This document shows positions 1-13,420 of a stretch of DNA of 64,000 bases, in pieces. Position numbers and translations under genes: made by a program. How positions within the stretch are numbered: the first letter of the stretch is position 1; the number at the start of each line of letters is the position of its first letter. The stretch is from Hemiscyllium ocellatum (lineage: Eukaryota). The notes beneath the pieces were generated by a model. That model did not search any database. It was not told where the DNA came from and worked only from the letters and a program-made list of their open reading frames with translations. Where the stretch lies: assembly GCF_020745735.1 (NCBI RefSeq), contig NC_083406.1, positions 11,594,001 to 11,658,000 of the forward strand, given 5' to 3'.

Positions 1-899
1 ATTTATTGTCACATTGATTACACCAACATTAGCCATAACACCAACTAAGGAACTAATCCAACTAGAGACTATAATCAAAATGACAAAAAAAAAACTTGGA
101 TTGAAAAAAAAGACACAGAAAAACACTGTCAAGCTGTCAACATCATTTATTTTCCCAATTTAAACTAAACTAGTTTCATCTCCTACCACATATGAATGAA
201 TTTGCAGTCAATGCAATTCCTAACTTGTGGTTTCACATATTATTTGCATATGTATTAATGCAATTCAACCATTCATCATTAATTTTACCATGGAGTATAT
301 TTGACTTGATTAAGATGGATTCTCAAACAAAATGTGATAATGAGAAAAAGTGACATTCTTGCTTCTGTGGTCAAGACGACAGCAGTGATGGAGAGACAAA
401 CTGGAATTTTATCATTTAACAAACATTGTCATGAACTTTACAATACTTGTTTAATTCAGTAGATTTCAGGGGTCAATAGATTACAATGTCCTACCGATGA
501 CTGCTGTTTCCCTAGAAATGACAGACACCAAGAACGCAGGTCATCTTGAGGTAGCAAGAGCGGAATTGACTTTAAACTGTAAGGAATGGAAACAAAAAAT
601 ACACATAAAATTCAAAATATGTAGTGTGATTAAAGATTATTTTCGAAGCTTGAAAACAGCTTGAATCAGCCTGAAATTTTGACATGAAGCAATCCCCTCT
701 CATCTAAAAAATGCTCTAGGATACATGGTTCAATAGTAAATTAAAACAACACAAGTCACTCTGTTAATTGCTGTGATTACTTTAAAATGATAGGGATCAA
801 AAGTAAAGATGAACAGTGACAGACTGAATGGTATGCACTCCCATTTCCAGTTACAGGCGTGCACAAGCTTATGTTCAGTGACTTATACAGAGATACAAA

Positions 900-1139
900 A
901 GCTTAAACATACGTACCAACAGATCCAAGAACAGCTTCTTCCCCACTCTTATTAGATTTATCAATGGACCTCTCAAGTTTCAAATTTAATGTTGATCTCT
1001 CTGCTTTGTGCACCTCTCTGTAGCCATAACATTGTACTCTTCACTCTGTTCTTTACATTTTGCATGGTATGATCTACCTGTCCTGCATGCAAAAACAAAA
1101 CTTTTCACTGTACTTAGGCAATAATAAATCAAATCAAAA
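900..1139 (+). mobile_element. Rex1/Babar-type LINE, 3' end fragment
   Basis: 'accaacagatccaagaacagcttcttcccc' encodes TNRSKNSFFP, resembling the Rex1 C-terminal T-R-KNSFFP motif; ends 'aataaatcaaatcaaa'. Confidence 0.6.
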
Positions 1140-2009
1140 TTATATTGAGATGCATCTGATTTTTAACGTGCTTGTTTGCATGGTTACAATGCAGCTTTCT
1201 CTTTACTTCTTTCTTGTTTAGACAACAATTTGCTTTCCTAAGGTGGACAATATACCATGTTAGCTCAATGCTGCTGTGTAAACCACTAAATGTGATTACA
1301 AAAATTGCTATGTGATAGTCTTGGGAGTTTTGGTAGGATTTTGATAGATTTGTATTGACATGGGTACCTGATCATGAGGGCTCAAAGCAAATGGAAAATA
1401 AGGACATGGAAGGAACAGGGACTCAGGGAGGGAATGGGGAGAGGTGGCAGGAGTGGGCATGGGTCTTAAGTGAGAGAGACAATTCAGGGCAACATGGGGA
1501 ATGATGGCTCAGGAGAGTGTGCTAAATAAGTGGTTTGAAAAGGCAAGTAGAGAGCAGGGCTCAGAGGAAAATAAGAATTGAGATTGAGTAAGTCAAAAAC
1601 AGCTTCAACTGGAGAAACTCTCCAAACCTTTGGGAGAAATCTGGTTTCAAAATGTATATCACTGGTTTGCATCATTACTGTTAACTGCATAGGAGATTTT
1701 ACAGAAGTTACATTTGACTATCATTGGGTTACTATATTATTCCATCATCCTCTTCAAACTGCATGGATTCCTCTCCGTTTCTTGCAATTTCCCCTCCTTC
1801 CCTCACTCAACTTTCCCAACTTCCCTCTCATTGATTACCCTAATGCCATTCCCTCAGTTGTCCTTCATCAATTTTGCTGATTCCTCCTTTTCCATGCCCC
1901 CAAATTGACCTCTTGATCTCCCATTTGCTGCCTCTTGAAATTTCTTGCACAATGACAGCTCGCTTATTACAAAAAGTAAAAATGCTCAATTACAAAAACA
2001 TCCAACTTA

Positions 2010-2910
2010 GATAAGAACAGAACAATTAGAGTCAGTAAATAGGCCATTTGCTGCCATGAGTTGGCTCTGAAACACAATTGGATTATGGTTAATCTGATCA
2101 AGGCCTCAATACCACTCTCCTGTCTATTTCACAAAACCTTGATAATTCAAAAACCTGTCTATTTCACTCTTCAATATAACAAATATATTGGCTTAACAAA
2201 GTCTGGAATTCCAAAGAATAATAATCCTTTTGAAAGAAAAATTCTGCATCATTTCCATCTTAAGTTGGTGACCCCTTAATTCTAAAAGTATGGTACCTTG
2301 TAGACTCCTCATGCAGAAACAAACTTCTCTCAGTATTCTGTCAAGCTCCTTCAGAAGTTTACAAATTCCTATATGACCCAGATGCCATTCTTTCATGGTA
2401 GGGAATCAACCTCCTTGGCATATCCACATAAGAAGATTACAGCAATCAATGTATTGAGTCTTCTTTACACACCAACCCACTTAAAATTTATTTTTGCTTC
2501 AGATTCTTCTGCAATTCCACTTTGAAAGCCACCATTGTATCTGTGTTCACCACAAACTCAGGTAATACAATTCAAAGCCTAACCTCTTGGTTGTTGTGAG
2601 CATGTTTTCTACGTTGCACAGGCTCTTTTGCTGATCACCTTAATCCTTGTCCTTTGCTTCTTGACCTTCTGTCAATATTATATGCTTCATCTAGAACTTA
2701 CATGATTTTAACCACTTCTATTAAATGTCTTCACCATATTCTCATCTCAGAGGAGAACACTCCAACGTCTCTGATTAATCCATGCAATAAAAGTACATCA
2801 TACTGGGAAACAGTCTTGAAAGTTGATTGTGGTTATTCTCTAAAGCCGACATACCTTACCTAAAGTGTGTGGTCAAAAATTGAACACAATATTTCAGCTG
2901 ATGCCAAACC
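2010..2910 (-). mobile_element. Old CR1 LINE 3' fragments (two pieces, ~2010-2400 and ~2460-2910)
   Basis: Degenerate similarity to the CR1 3' ends elsewhere in this window ('taggccattt', 'ggaattccaaaga', 'gtggtcaaaaattgaacacaatattt'). Confidence 0.55.
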
Positions 2911-2959
2911 AAGCAGACTTACTGACCAGTTACCATTTTGCCGAATTCTTAATTTCTAG

Positions 2960-3305
2960 ATGACAGTCCTGTGATATCTTTGCTGGACTGTTAATCCATA
3001 AATCCAAGTAATGATCTAGGGATTCAGGTTCAAATTCCACTGTGGCAGATGATGGAATTTAAATTCCATTATTTAAAAAATAATCTGGAATTATGAGTCT
3101 AATGATAACTAAGAATCCATTGTTGATTGTTGGAAAAAATCCATCTGGCTCATTAGTATCCTTTAGGGAAGAAAGCTGTCATCTTTACCTGGCCTGGCCT
3201 ACATGTGACTCCAGACCCACGGCAAATGTGGTTGACTCTCAATTAGGGATGGTCCATAAATTCTGGCATAGATGCAATGCCCTCGCCCAATAAGTGAACA
3301 CAAAA
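2960..3305 (+). mobile_element. tRNA-derived shark SINE (family B here)
   Basis: B-box-like 'ggttcaaattcc'; body 'ggcctacatgtgactccagacccacggcaaatgtggttgactctc' is shared with copies at 13190 and 59130. Confidence 0.75.
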
Positions 3306-3324
3306 AAGTCAGAAAGATATCTGT

Positions 3325-3485
3325 TTAAGTCCTACTCAAAACTTGAGCACAATAATTAGGGAAGGAACTCCAGTGGAGTTTTGAGGAAATGTTGTACTGT
3401 CAGAGGAGCCAACATTCAGTGGATACATTAAACTGAGACAATGTTTGCCCTCTCAGGCAGCTGTAAAATACTATGCAACACTATA
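3325..3485 (+). mobile_element. DeuSINE (SacSINE1-like) fragment
   Basis: 'acttgagcacaataa...ctccagtg...gtactgtcagaggagcc...attaaactgag...gccctctcagg' matches my recall of the Deu-domain. Confidence 0.65.
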
Positions 3486-3646
3486 GTTACAATTATAAGA
3501 TTATTGTATTTTAGTATCCTATTTTTAAATTCAGGATAAATTAAGGATTTCATGTGAACTGTTCTACAGTTGCCTGATACTAATCCTGGTAGTTTAATTG
3601 TTAATGATTAAAGGAAGGCTTAAAATACTTCCCTCAGAAGGAGTTG

Positions 3647-3869
3647 TGTAGCGATTTGAACATGGACTAGGTAGATCTCATTGACTATGCGATCCTCCAT
3701 TGAAGTTGGTAACCTCGGCCAATCAGGGAGCCCTGGCTGACAGAAGATTCAGAGAGTCTCCTCACTCTAAGAACTGGCTCTGAGCTGGCTGGTCAGAGCC
3801 CATGTACTGTCTACATATAAATAAAGGGTGAGTTAGTGATGGGATAATGGTCTCTATGCAGTTAATTCA
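3647..3869 (+). mobile_element. Solo LTR (223 bp)
   Basis: TG...CA termini, CCAAT at ~3719, AATAAA at ~3820, 5-bp TSD agttg (3642-3646) / agctg (3870-3874) with one mismatch. Confidence 0.65.
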
Positions 3870-4029
3870 AGCTGCAAGCTTTACGTTTGAGTTTCCCAAA
3901 TTCCCAGAAAGGTATGGAATGTAAAAACATCTGTGTTGTAAACCGTTCGCTTACTTCTCAGCTAAAATGAAGGAAGATGAGTTCAAGGATAGCTAATCAA
4001 CACTTAAATCTAAAACAAATTGTAAAGTT

Positions 4030-4150
4030 TCCATAGTCTTTCCAGACCATAGAGCTGTTCACTCATCAGAAATGGATGACTAGTGGTGGTTTAACCTGAG
4101 GGTCACTATATCTCAGGCAAGGGGAGTGGTTAAAAAGAGAATCTTCTTGT
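4030..4150 (-). mobile_element. tRNA-derived SINE (family C here), 3' fragment
   Basis: 'gaccatagagctg...ggtttaacctgagggtcactata' is homologous to 26945-27060. Confidence 0.6.
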
Positions 4151-5609
4151 AACTTGCACAGAGCAAGCCTCTTTTCTGTCTGGCCGACTGAACAATGCAA
4201 CTGTGGTCACGTAGAAAACTTACCATGTTAAACCGAATGAAGGAGGCCTACATTCATTTTCACTCTAAAATATAATAAGCAGAGAAATGTCCTTACTGCT
4301 ACAGACATCTATTACCTTCTCATGATATCCAATAAGGTTCACTGGTAATTGCTGCCCTGCTGAGGTTTTTCTTTTCTGCATTTGAAATATGGAATAAATG
4401 ATCATTTTATTGAAAGTAGCTTCTCATTTCAGCTTCCACTAGGCAATTTGCATGTTTACTGCCAGTCGGGCACCATGATTCATTTCCCTGTTTCTCAAGA
4501 AAGTCATCCAATTGTTTCTTGAACTCATTTTTGCCCTCTATTATAGCAGCATGCACTGGTAACTTACTCACCTGTCCATTATCTCCAGTCAGAAGAAAAA
4601 AAAAATCATGACTTCTTTTAAGGCTTGTGATTTCCGGATTTTTAATGAATCCTATTTAATATTTGTTCTTGTTTATTTCCTTTTTAATGCATTGTAAATA
4701 TTTCTATGATGTTGATGGCAAATCATGATAAGTTCATGCAACACAAAATTGTGTTGTTGACCTGTTTTAGGTATTTTCAGTTTCTGATATTATCTGCATG
4801 AATTACCATTTCATCAAATTGTATGCTATCAGACAGGATTTACTGGAGTGTGCCTTGTTAGTTAGACCTTTTTCGCAGCCTTTAACTCAAAATGGTTTTG
4901 TGCTGCATGTTTCTAACAGTGCACACAGATAATGGGGTCAACAGGACATTTGGGACCCTGGTGAATGATGAGTTATCTGTCTTTCTTCTGAATCAATTAA
5001 CATTAAGCACTGCAAAATGAAAAAACAAAGAAATAACACAAAAAGAAATGTGGCAAGTTGTGATCTAATCAGAGGGAAATGAAGAAGAAAGAAAGATTAG
5101 ATCGTGAAAGAAAAATGAGAAACAAAATGGAAAGGTTCTTTTTCAAAAAAATGTTCTGATAATTCTTTCAAAAATCTGTAACAATTTACTAACTTTAGGA
5201 AGACGAAAGTTTCATTTATATCCTTTGTTGGCTTGAGAGGTAAAGACCAACAAGCAAATATAATTCTCATTTAAAAAGTTCTTATATTTTTATGTGCCTG
5301 CCCTAATTATTTTTTTGGAATGAGCTTAATTGCCAATAAATGCAATTTCTTGAAACTTTGGGAGTCGAGTGATACATAAATACCATGAAGCTAACAGCAA
5401 AATGGTACAGTAATTTTTAGTGAATGCTCAAATCCTTGAGCATATTTTGCCATAATAAAGCTGAGTGCCATTAAGACCATCAATATTTTGACAACAAATT
5501 TAGCCAGTTGTATCATTTCACATCAGTCTTTTTATACCCTTTATGCCAATATATTGTCAATTTATGCTTATTTTCTATTCTTGCAAACAAATGGCTGTTA
5601 GAGTTACTT

Positions 5610-6170
5610 AAATTTACATAGGATGTATGACACTGAACCAGATATTCAACTCAACCAACCAATGCCATTATTAAAACTTCACCAGAGGCTCCTCCCAAAT
5701 TTCATATTCTAAATGCACCACTAAAACTCTCTATTCCCTTCTTCATTATATCTAATTTCTCTCAATTGCACCAATGTTCTTCCCATTAACCACCTCCTAT
5801 TGCAGTTAGTCCCATTACCAGCAACCTTTAGATGGATGCCTCTCCTCTGCATTTGCTCAAGTATTTCTTGGTGGCAACTTACATTAATTATCTCTCTGCT
5901 ATTTGACATGAGGAAACATTCTCTAAAATTGTCCATAATTTTAAAGGCATCTATTAGGTCACCTCTCAGCCTTTTCTCTTCATGAGGAAAAGGACCCAAG
6001 CTGTCAATGCTTTCTTAACGTGTTTACACATATATTTTATCTCTTCTCTGTACTCTCTCTGATGCCACAATATCTTCTTAATGACATGGTGGCCAGAATT
6101 GCACACAAGACTCAAAATGTAATCCATCAAAGATTTGATAAAGGTTTAGCACAGGTTCTCTACTTTTAAA
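5610..6170 (-). mobile_element. Old CR1 LINE 3' fragment
   Basis: Minus-strand ORF 5721-5999 contains EKRLRGDLIDAFKIM, the CR1 ORF2 C-terminal motif. Confidence 0.75.
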
Positions 6171-6299
6171 TTAACAGATATCTGCACATTTGCTGTGCCT
6201 TTTCAGTCCCCACAAAGCCTTGAAGAAGCAAAGGATCCCATCAACAGATTGAAGAGCAAGAGAAACCTAAGGGAAAAAGAAAGAGAAACTGTGTAGAAT

Positions 6300-8290
6300 T
6301 CCTCAGAACCATGTCTCAACACTGAGCAACCCTTTGGGTTTCTGGCAAAAGTGGGCATGCTGTCTGAATGTTACATATTAATGTTGAGGATAAATCATTT
6401 ACCAAGCAAATCTTCAATGGATGTCTGCCACCCAAACCTCTATCAACATAATGTTGGCAAGGGATCCATTTATAACTATAGAAGCAGATCACAATTACAC
6501 AAAAGACTCTAAGCCACCATGCTGCTCCACTTGCATCAACCAGGGCAGTACCAACTGTCTCTGATCTAATATTCTCACCATGCCATCAACCATATTCCTT
6601 GACACAATTTGAGTTGGTGATTTCCATATTGCAAATGTGCATGCTTTCCCAGTCCAAGCAGGTTTTGACATTACTGCATCACCACAGCATCAATGTGGGA
6701 GACTTTAACAGCCACCACACTGACTGGAGATTACTCAGTGCAGACAGTGAAGTTTAATAGCTCCGAGTGTGGGCCTCTAGAAATAATCTCACACTGATAT
6801 ATGACTCCAAACAACGGGCAATGTTCCATTCAGTCAGAATGAGTCAGAAATATTCTTCTGATCTCTTCTGCTGCAGCAATTCCCTTGATGGTCACCTTCA
6901 GCCAGCATAACAATGAGGGGTTTGTGACTTCCCATGTAGTCAACTGCTCATTCACATTGTTCTTTCCTTTCCAGACATCAACAGTGCAAGGAAGATATAA
7001 TGAAAGTTCTGTAACACAGATTGGTCAAAAATATGGTGAGACCTTGGACAGTCTCATTATACCTTTACCTATCTACCAGGGGAAGAATTAAATCAGTGCA
7101 TCTGTTTGGCCATTCACAGAACTGTTTTATACTGTCATTGCTCCCAATGGCAATTAACCCATTTCTATCCTGTGCCTTAATACAGAGAGCACAGCACTAC
7201 CAAAGGAATGTGAATTATCTGGTGGCCCCATGACAATAGACCACCTGGGATAGTCTCTCAATGCTGTCTGTCATGTCAGGTGGGAGGAAACAACAGTTGG
7301 GCTCAATGCTACCCATTTCAATCAAATTCACTGCTTTGGAGGAGCATCACCTCCAAGAATTGTGCATCACTCACCCCAAAACAGGTGAAGTTGTCTGTCA
7401 TCTGCTCAATATTGCAAAGTAATGCACCGACAACAAACACCATAGCGAATGAGAAAGGTAATGCTAGTAACATGCAGAACGTAGCAGTGCTTATCGCTTT
7501 AAGTCACAGAATTGCGAAAAGCATGAGGCAGCCTGAAATGTGGCAAAGCAGCAGGATATGACAACATTGAACCAGGAGCCTTGGAACAACCTGGTTCTCG
7601 TAGCCAGCTAATCCAATTCTGCACAAGAATTGTCAGCTCAAATTTAATCCCAAAGGTATGGCATATGTTACAATCTTTGTTGTTACAAAGCCTGTAAAAT
7701 AAAACTCACACAGGTGGCTAGTTACCACCAATTTCACTTTTTTTAATATAAATTCAGAAATTTGAGCATTGTTTCCAGTCATATAGACCATCCCTATTGT
7801 CAATCCAAACTGGTTTCTGTTAGGGAACAGCACGTGACTGACTCGACATTTAGGGGTATGATTGTCCATTAGGAAATGCAGTGAAATGGTATTGAGAGGT
7901 TCTGGATCCATATCCTGCCTGATACCACACTGTTTGGGGGTAGTGTCCTTATGTCTATTTAAGATTGAGATAGATAAATTCTTGATCGGTAGGGCAATCA
8001 AGAATTAGGGAATATGGGAGGAAAGTGATGGTGAGGGTTGTGAGATTAGCCATGACCCTATTGAATGGCAGCCTAGGATCAAAGGGCTGAGTAGCCTGTT
8101 CCTATTTCTTCTGGTCTTATATGATCAAGCTCTGGCACACATCACAAGTGAAAAAAAATGCTTTCAAAATACCCTGATGACAAGAATGGTGCCCGTGGAC
8201 CTCAGAGCTGCCTATAGCTTACGGTGGCACACTATCCTGTTCTTAAAACTATCCAGAGTGTTTATAGCCTGGGTGGAAGTTGGAACTCTC
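6300..8290 (+). mobile_element. Decayed Vingi/Ingi-like LINE (APE endonuclease and RT remnants, interrupted)
   Basis: ~6696 VGDFNSHHTDW; ~6790 LTLIYDSKQRAMFHS; ~8195 DLRAAY..WH-like RT motif; many frameshifts. Confidence 0.6.
7940..8125 (+). mobile_element. CR1 3' end
   Basis: 'gagatagataaattcttg...ttagccatgaccctattgaatggc...aagggctgagtagcctgttcctatttct' CR1 3' UTR. Confidence 0.7.
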
Positions 8291-8769
8291 CTTTTACAAG
8301 ACATGATTTATAAATTCAAATCACATTGTTAATGTTGTGTCAATTTAACATTGATAATTTTTTACGACCATGAATCTTGTTGAGCTGTCATGAGGCTTGT
8401 AATGACATTGTTTACAACACTAAATTGCCTGACTCAATTGATGCCATTTTGGCTCAGTCTGCCCCTTTCCAACCTGTAGCCTCTCCCAGTGCTGTGATCT
8501 ACACCAAGGACACCCGACCCATGAAGTCGCAGGCACCCACTCGAACTGCTGTCTGCTGCTGCTGTAACCACGGCCTAACAACCACCACCAGGCTCGGGTG
8601 CTGAGTTTAGCAGAAGACACACACCCTCCTCCTCCCCACAAGGTGATCATTGAAATTAAGGGACCTCAACAGTCCCATTTTGGAGGATCCCCAGTGAGTA
8701 GTGGCCTGAGTGCACCCAGAGGTAGCAGCGGCCACCAGGAAGGGATTTCAGTCGACACAGGACTGAAAC

Positions 8770-10000
8770 TAAATGTAGAACAAGATGAATGAGCTTGTTG
8801 TGCATATTGAAATGAATAGGTATGATATTGTAGGCAACACAAACGTGGCTACAAGGGGATAGAACTAAACATCCAAGGAAATACGAGGCAAGATCAGAGT
8901 GGTCCTGGAAAAGTACAGCAGGTCAGGCAGCATCTGAGGAGCAGGAAAATCGACATTTCAGGCAAAAGCCCTTCATCAGGAATGATTTATCTCTCCACCC
9001 CCAAGGCTTCCAGCCTCATTCCTAATGAAGGGCTTTTGCACGAAACGTCAATTTTCCTGCTCATCGGATGCTGCCCGACCTGCTGTACTGTTCCAGTGGC
9101 ACTTCAATCTTGAATCTAATCTCCACCATCTGCAGTACTCACCTTCGTCTATCCAAGGAGATGCGTGCTATTGAAAGGACAGGTCGATGGGGAGATGGGG
9201 CAGGGTTGCCTTACTACTAAAAAATTAAATTAAGCCGATAACAAGAAGTGATATAGAAATCATGCCTGACAGATCTGTTAGAATTCTTTGAGGAAGTATC
9301 AAGCACATTCACCAAAGGAGGGCTAGTGGACATGTTCTATTTGGATTTCCAGAAGGCCTTTGACAAGGTGCTGCACAGGAGTTTGCTAAATAAGGGAAAA
9401 GCCCATGGTGTTACAGGCAAGGTATTGGCATAGATAGAGGATTGGTTGACTAGCATAAAGCAGAGAGTGGGAATAGAGGAGTCTTTTTCAGGATGGCAGC
9501 CAGATGAATTCCACAGTGGTCAGTGTTGGGATCAAAACTATTCATTCTACATCAACAATCTGGAAGAAGGAACTGAGGGCGTTTTTGCTAAGTTCAGTGG
9601 AGCAACAAGTAGTATTGAGAATATGGGGAGGCTGAAGAAAGAGTTGGATAGGTTAGAAAAGTGGACAAAGAAGTGGCAGGTGGGGATGTGAGAAATGTGG
9701 GAAATTGTGAGTTTATGAGCATTGATAGGAAGAATAGAGGTATAGCCTATTTTCTAAATGAGGAAATGCTTCAGAAATCTGAAGCATAAAGGGACTTGGG
9801 AGTCCTAATTCAGGATTCTCTTAAAGTTACCATGAAGGTTCAGTTGACAGTTAGGAAGTCAAATGCAATTTTACTGTTCATTCCAAGAGATCGAGAATGC
9901 AACAGCAGTGATGCACTGCTGAGGTTACATAAGATGCTGGTCAGACTATATTTGGAATATTGTGAACCCCATATCTAAAGAAGAATGTGCTGGTGTTGAA
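8770..10000 (+). mobile_element. CR1 LINE, internally deleted, interrupted by a PLE
   Basis: Endonuclease remnant (MNELVVHIEMNRYDIVG, ELNIQG) then RT remnant (FYLDFQKAFDKV at ~9336; LVRLYLEYC). Confidence 0.85.
8886..9150. mobile_element. PLE family 1 fold-back insertion (inverted 3' ends)
   Basis: Inverted arms, two decayed hammerhead copies, 15-bp TSD atccaaggaaatacg (8871-8885) / atccaaggagatgcg (9151-9165). Confidence 0.85.
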
Positions 10001-10890
10001 GGGGGAAGCTCAAAAAACAAACTGCATCTTTGGTGTGTCTGTCCTAGTCTCGTGTTCCAGGGCTCATTTACTCACCAGGTGTTCTAGGCAAAAGTATGAA
10101 GAGTTTCTCCATCTCTTTCTAACTGCAAGAAGCAAGTTACTGGTCAAAAAATATGGTCACACTGGAAACTAGAAAGCTCTTTTTGTCCAATGTGCAGAAC
10201 ACTGAATCTTCAAACCTGCTGATCGACTAACAGAGTTAATGTTGCTGGAATCACTCAATGTAAGGGCTGCAATGATCTACCATGTATTCTGCACAGACAT
10301 ACCAGGCTGATTCAGTCTTTTAACTCTTATATTTTTATTCCCTTCTCATTTCTAATCCATGTATATGCGTACAATGCTTTATTTTTCCTCATGTATTAGT
10401 AACTAAAAAAACTCACTCTTTCTTTAACTCAAGAAAACCCGATTATATTGATTGTTTTAACTAAATTGGAATTGGGAAAGGGATTAACTGCTTTAGTTTA
10501 GCCATTTTATGAGCAACAAGTTATGGGCTGGTGGGTGGAAGATGAGGTTCCATAAAGAAGGGGAGCCAGTTCTTCCCTCCTCGCTCAGGAGTTTAAGAAT
10601 TGTGGATGTTGTGCAGGGGATCAGTCATAACAATAATGCTGGAAGGTCTGTTGTTACCAACCCAATGGTGTTTACAGCCATCTTCCCTATATAGCTCAAC
10701 AGATTCAGGCATCTTTGTCCCTGTCAGTTCTGCTCTGATTCCCTTGACTGTGTGCAATCTCCTTTCTGTAAAGAATGACAAGCACTAGTAAACATGTAAC
10801 ATAATAGTTAATGATGTGCTGATTCAGTTGAATAGCTGGAATATACAGGGTAGTGAGAGATAGGTGTGAAGTTTGCAACATTGGTAGATG

Positions 10891-11052
10891 CTGAAAAATG
10901 TGTTGCTGGAAAAAGCGCAGCAGGTCAGGCAGCATCCAATGAGCAGGAGAATTGATGTTTCGGACGTTTTGGATGCTGCCTGACCTACTGCACTTTTCCA
11001 GCAACACATTTTTTCAGCTCTGATCTCCAGCATCTGCAGTCCTCACTTTCTC
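10891..11052. mobile_element. PLE family 1 short fold-back insertion
   Basis: Inverted arms; perfect 15-bp TSD caacattggtagatg (10876-10890, 11053-11067). Confidence 0.9.
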
Positions 11053-11789
11053 CAACATTGGTAGATGTTTGAGGGTGAGAGTGAGGGGCACACCTAGATG
11101 TTTGACCTTTGTCCTGAGTGGCACAGACTGTTGCTGGGTGAGTGCTGTGGGTGTGGTTCACTGAGCTGCATGAGAGGTTTTTGGAATGATTGATAAGAGA
11201 TATCTTGTGAAGATGCATTCACTGGCCTTGACCATCCTTGGCCATTAGGTGGCTTCAAAGTTGCATCTTTTTTCTGAAAACTAAAGCACCATTAAAAATA
11301 AGATAAATTACTTCTCCTCACTTTCTCCCTAATCCCAACCTTTTATGCTCTGTCCTACACTTCAGTTCATCTTTTAATTTATCAGTTTCTAAAGCCTGTG
11401 AAACCAAAAACAAATACTGCAATAGCTGTTTAATGAGAACAAGGTCATTTTTTTCACAAATACTCTGTTATTTTCATAAATAATCATCAGTTAAATCTCC
11501 AAAGCTTTTGAAATTTGTCATGTGATTTGAGAAAATTAAAATATTAGAGTAGAAACTGCAAAAATAAAATGTTCAATGATGATTTTACATTCATTTTGAG
11601 AAATTAGGTATTGTGAGTGTGCTCAGTCCCTACCATCTATTCTATCTGGCACATTGGCCAGAATTGGCCCACTATCAAAGAAGACAAGGGAGGTCAACAC
11701 CAACATCGCACAAGGATACATGCAAAGCTTAGAGACCATCTTTTCCAACATGGAAATAGTGGCCAACTCCAAGACTATGATTGTGGACT

Positions 11790-12065
11790 GTGTAGAAGTA
11801 CAAGGATAGGTACTGATAAGGTATTCTCAGCAATATTCAGCCAGGAATGCCATCTCAGCTTCCTCCAGTGATCCCCAACATTATAGTTATCAGTTTTCAG
11901 TCAGCTTGATTTACCCCACATGATGTCAAGATATGGTTGGAGGAACTGGATAATACAAAGGCTATGGGCCCTGACAACATTCTGGCAATAGTTCCAAAGA
12001 TTATTGCTTCAGAAATTGCCACTCCAGTAGCCCAATTCTTCCGGTGTAGTTATAATACTGGCAGT
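11790..12065 (+). mobile_element. CR1/L2-group LINE fragment
   Basis: Encodes LDNTKAMGPDNILAIV..IASEIATPVAQFF, the pre-RT 'K-GPD-I' region. Confidence 0.65.
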
Positions 12066-12708
12066 TGGATAAACAAAACAGGTGGATTCTTCCTAGGCCC
12101 TGAACAATGTGAATAATGGAGAAAAACACAGAAGAATCATTTGATAAGTCGAGTGCTACCTTTCTTGGCCTCCTCCCAATAAAAGAGGTTCACACTCAGT
12201 TTTGGTCATTCGCTCATTGTATATTTTTAGACAATAGATTGACAAATCAGTCTCTGACAACTGCAAGACCAGTTGTAATCTACCATTCTGCAATGCAACT
12301 TGGATCTGGTGGTGGAAGAAGTAGAGTTTTGAAAGTAGCACCTTCACTAACTCCAACATTTAAAAGGAAAAGTTGCCTTTGAATTTGAAGGCTGTCTTTA
12401 TTACCTTCGCTATGTGCTACGTGCGTTCTTAACCAAGTAAATCTCATGTGCATGTCTAGCACCATTGGAAACTGGCAGCACGGAAAAGATGCATGACTTG
12501 AGCTGAATAGACTCATCTGACATAATGTTACACTATAGTTAATTCCTCATAACATACATCTTTGGGGCAGGGCATCTTTGTGAGGAACTACCTCAGGAAT
12601 GTGTCCTAATTGTTCATTGTGAATTTGTTGTAAGCTCAGCAAAACAAGCAAGTACACCAGTAAAGGGGCATTTCCACAGACCTTCCTTTTAGATTACAGT
12701 GGTCAATC

Positions 12709-13184
12709 AAGGTCTTGGTTTCATAGAACCATCTTGAAAGTCATTTCAGGAAGGAGCTCAGAGTCAAACACATTTTGACTCAAGTTGCAGATTATCTAGG
12801 GCAGACCAGGCAAGGGTGTCAGGTGTTCTAAATAACCAAGAGCCTTTATGAAAATGAGGTAGCTTCATAATTACTTTTCTTTGGATATCAGCCATTTCCA
12901 GATATCTTTTTAAATTGAATTCCAGCTCTCAAACTGCCATGATAGGATTTGAAGTCATTTCCCTGTATTCTCTCCCTTTTCTTTTCATGAGGTTTCTTTG
13001 TTGTCTGAGCGTTGCCCATCCTATTTCAAGATGTTACAATATCTCAGTGAGCAAGGACAGGAAGGAGGCCTCAAAAGAAACTTTACTTTGGAGACAGAAC
13101 CCTCACAATTGCTTTTATTAAAGATATCCATTAACTAACTGAACTAACTCCAATAACGTAACTAGCATACCAGCATATTCCATT
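12709..13184 (+). repeat. Local segmental duplication, copy 1
   Basis: Colinear with 15598-16053 from 'aaggtcttggtttcatagaaccatcttg' to 'catattccatt'; includes a minus-strand SINE B remnant plus otherwise unique sequence. Confidence 0.9.
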
Positions 13185-13189
13185 TCAGT

Positions 13190-13420
13190 AGCTGGAATTA
13201 AGAATCCAAAGACTACAATAAATCCATTGCCAATTGTTGGAAATACCCATCTGGTTCACTAATATCCTTAAGGGAAGGAAGTCAGCCATTTTCCCTGGTC
13301 TGGCCTACATGTGACTCCAGACCTACAGCAATGTGGTTGACTTTCAATTGCCCTCTGGGCAAATAGGGATGGGCAATAAAAGTTGCCTAGCCAGCAACAC
13401 CCTCATCCTGTTACATAATG
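13190..13420 (+). mobile_element. SINE family B, 3' half
   Basis: 'cccatctggttcactaatatccttaagggaaggaa...ggcctacatgtgactccagacc...agggatgggcaataaa'. Confidence 0.75.
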
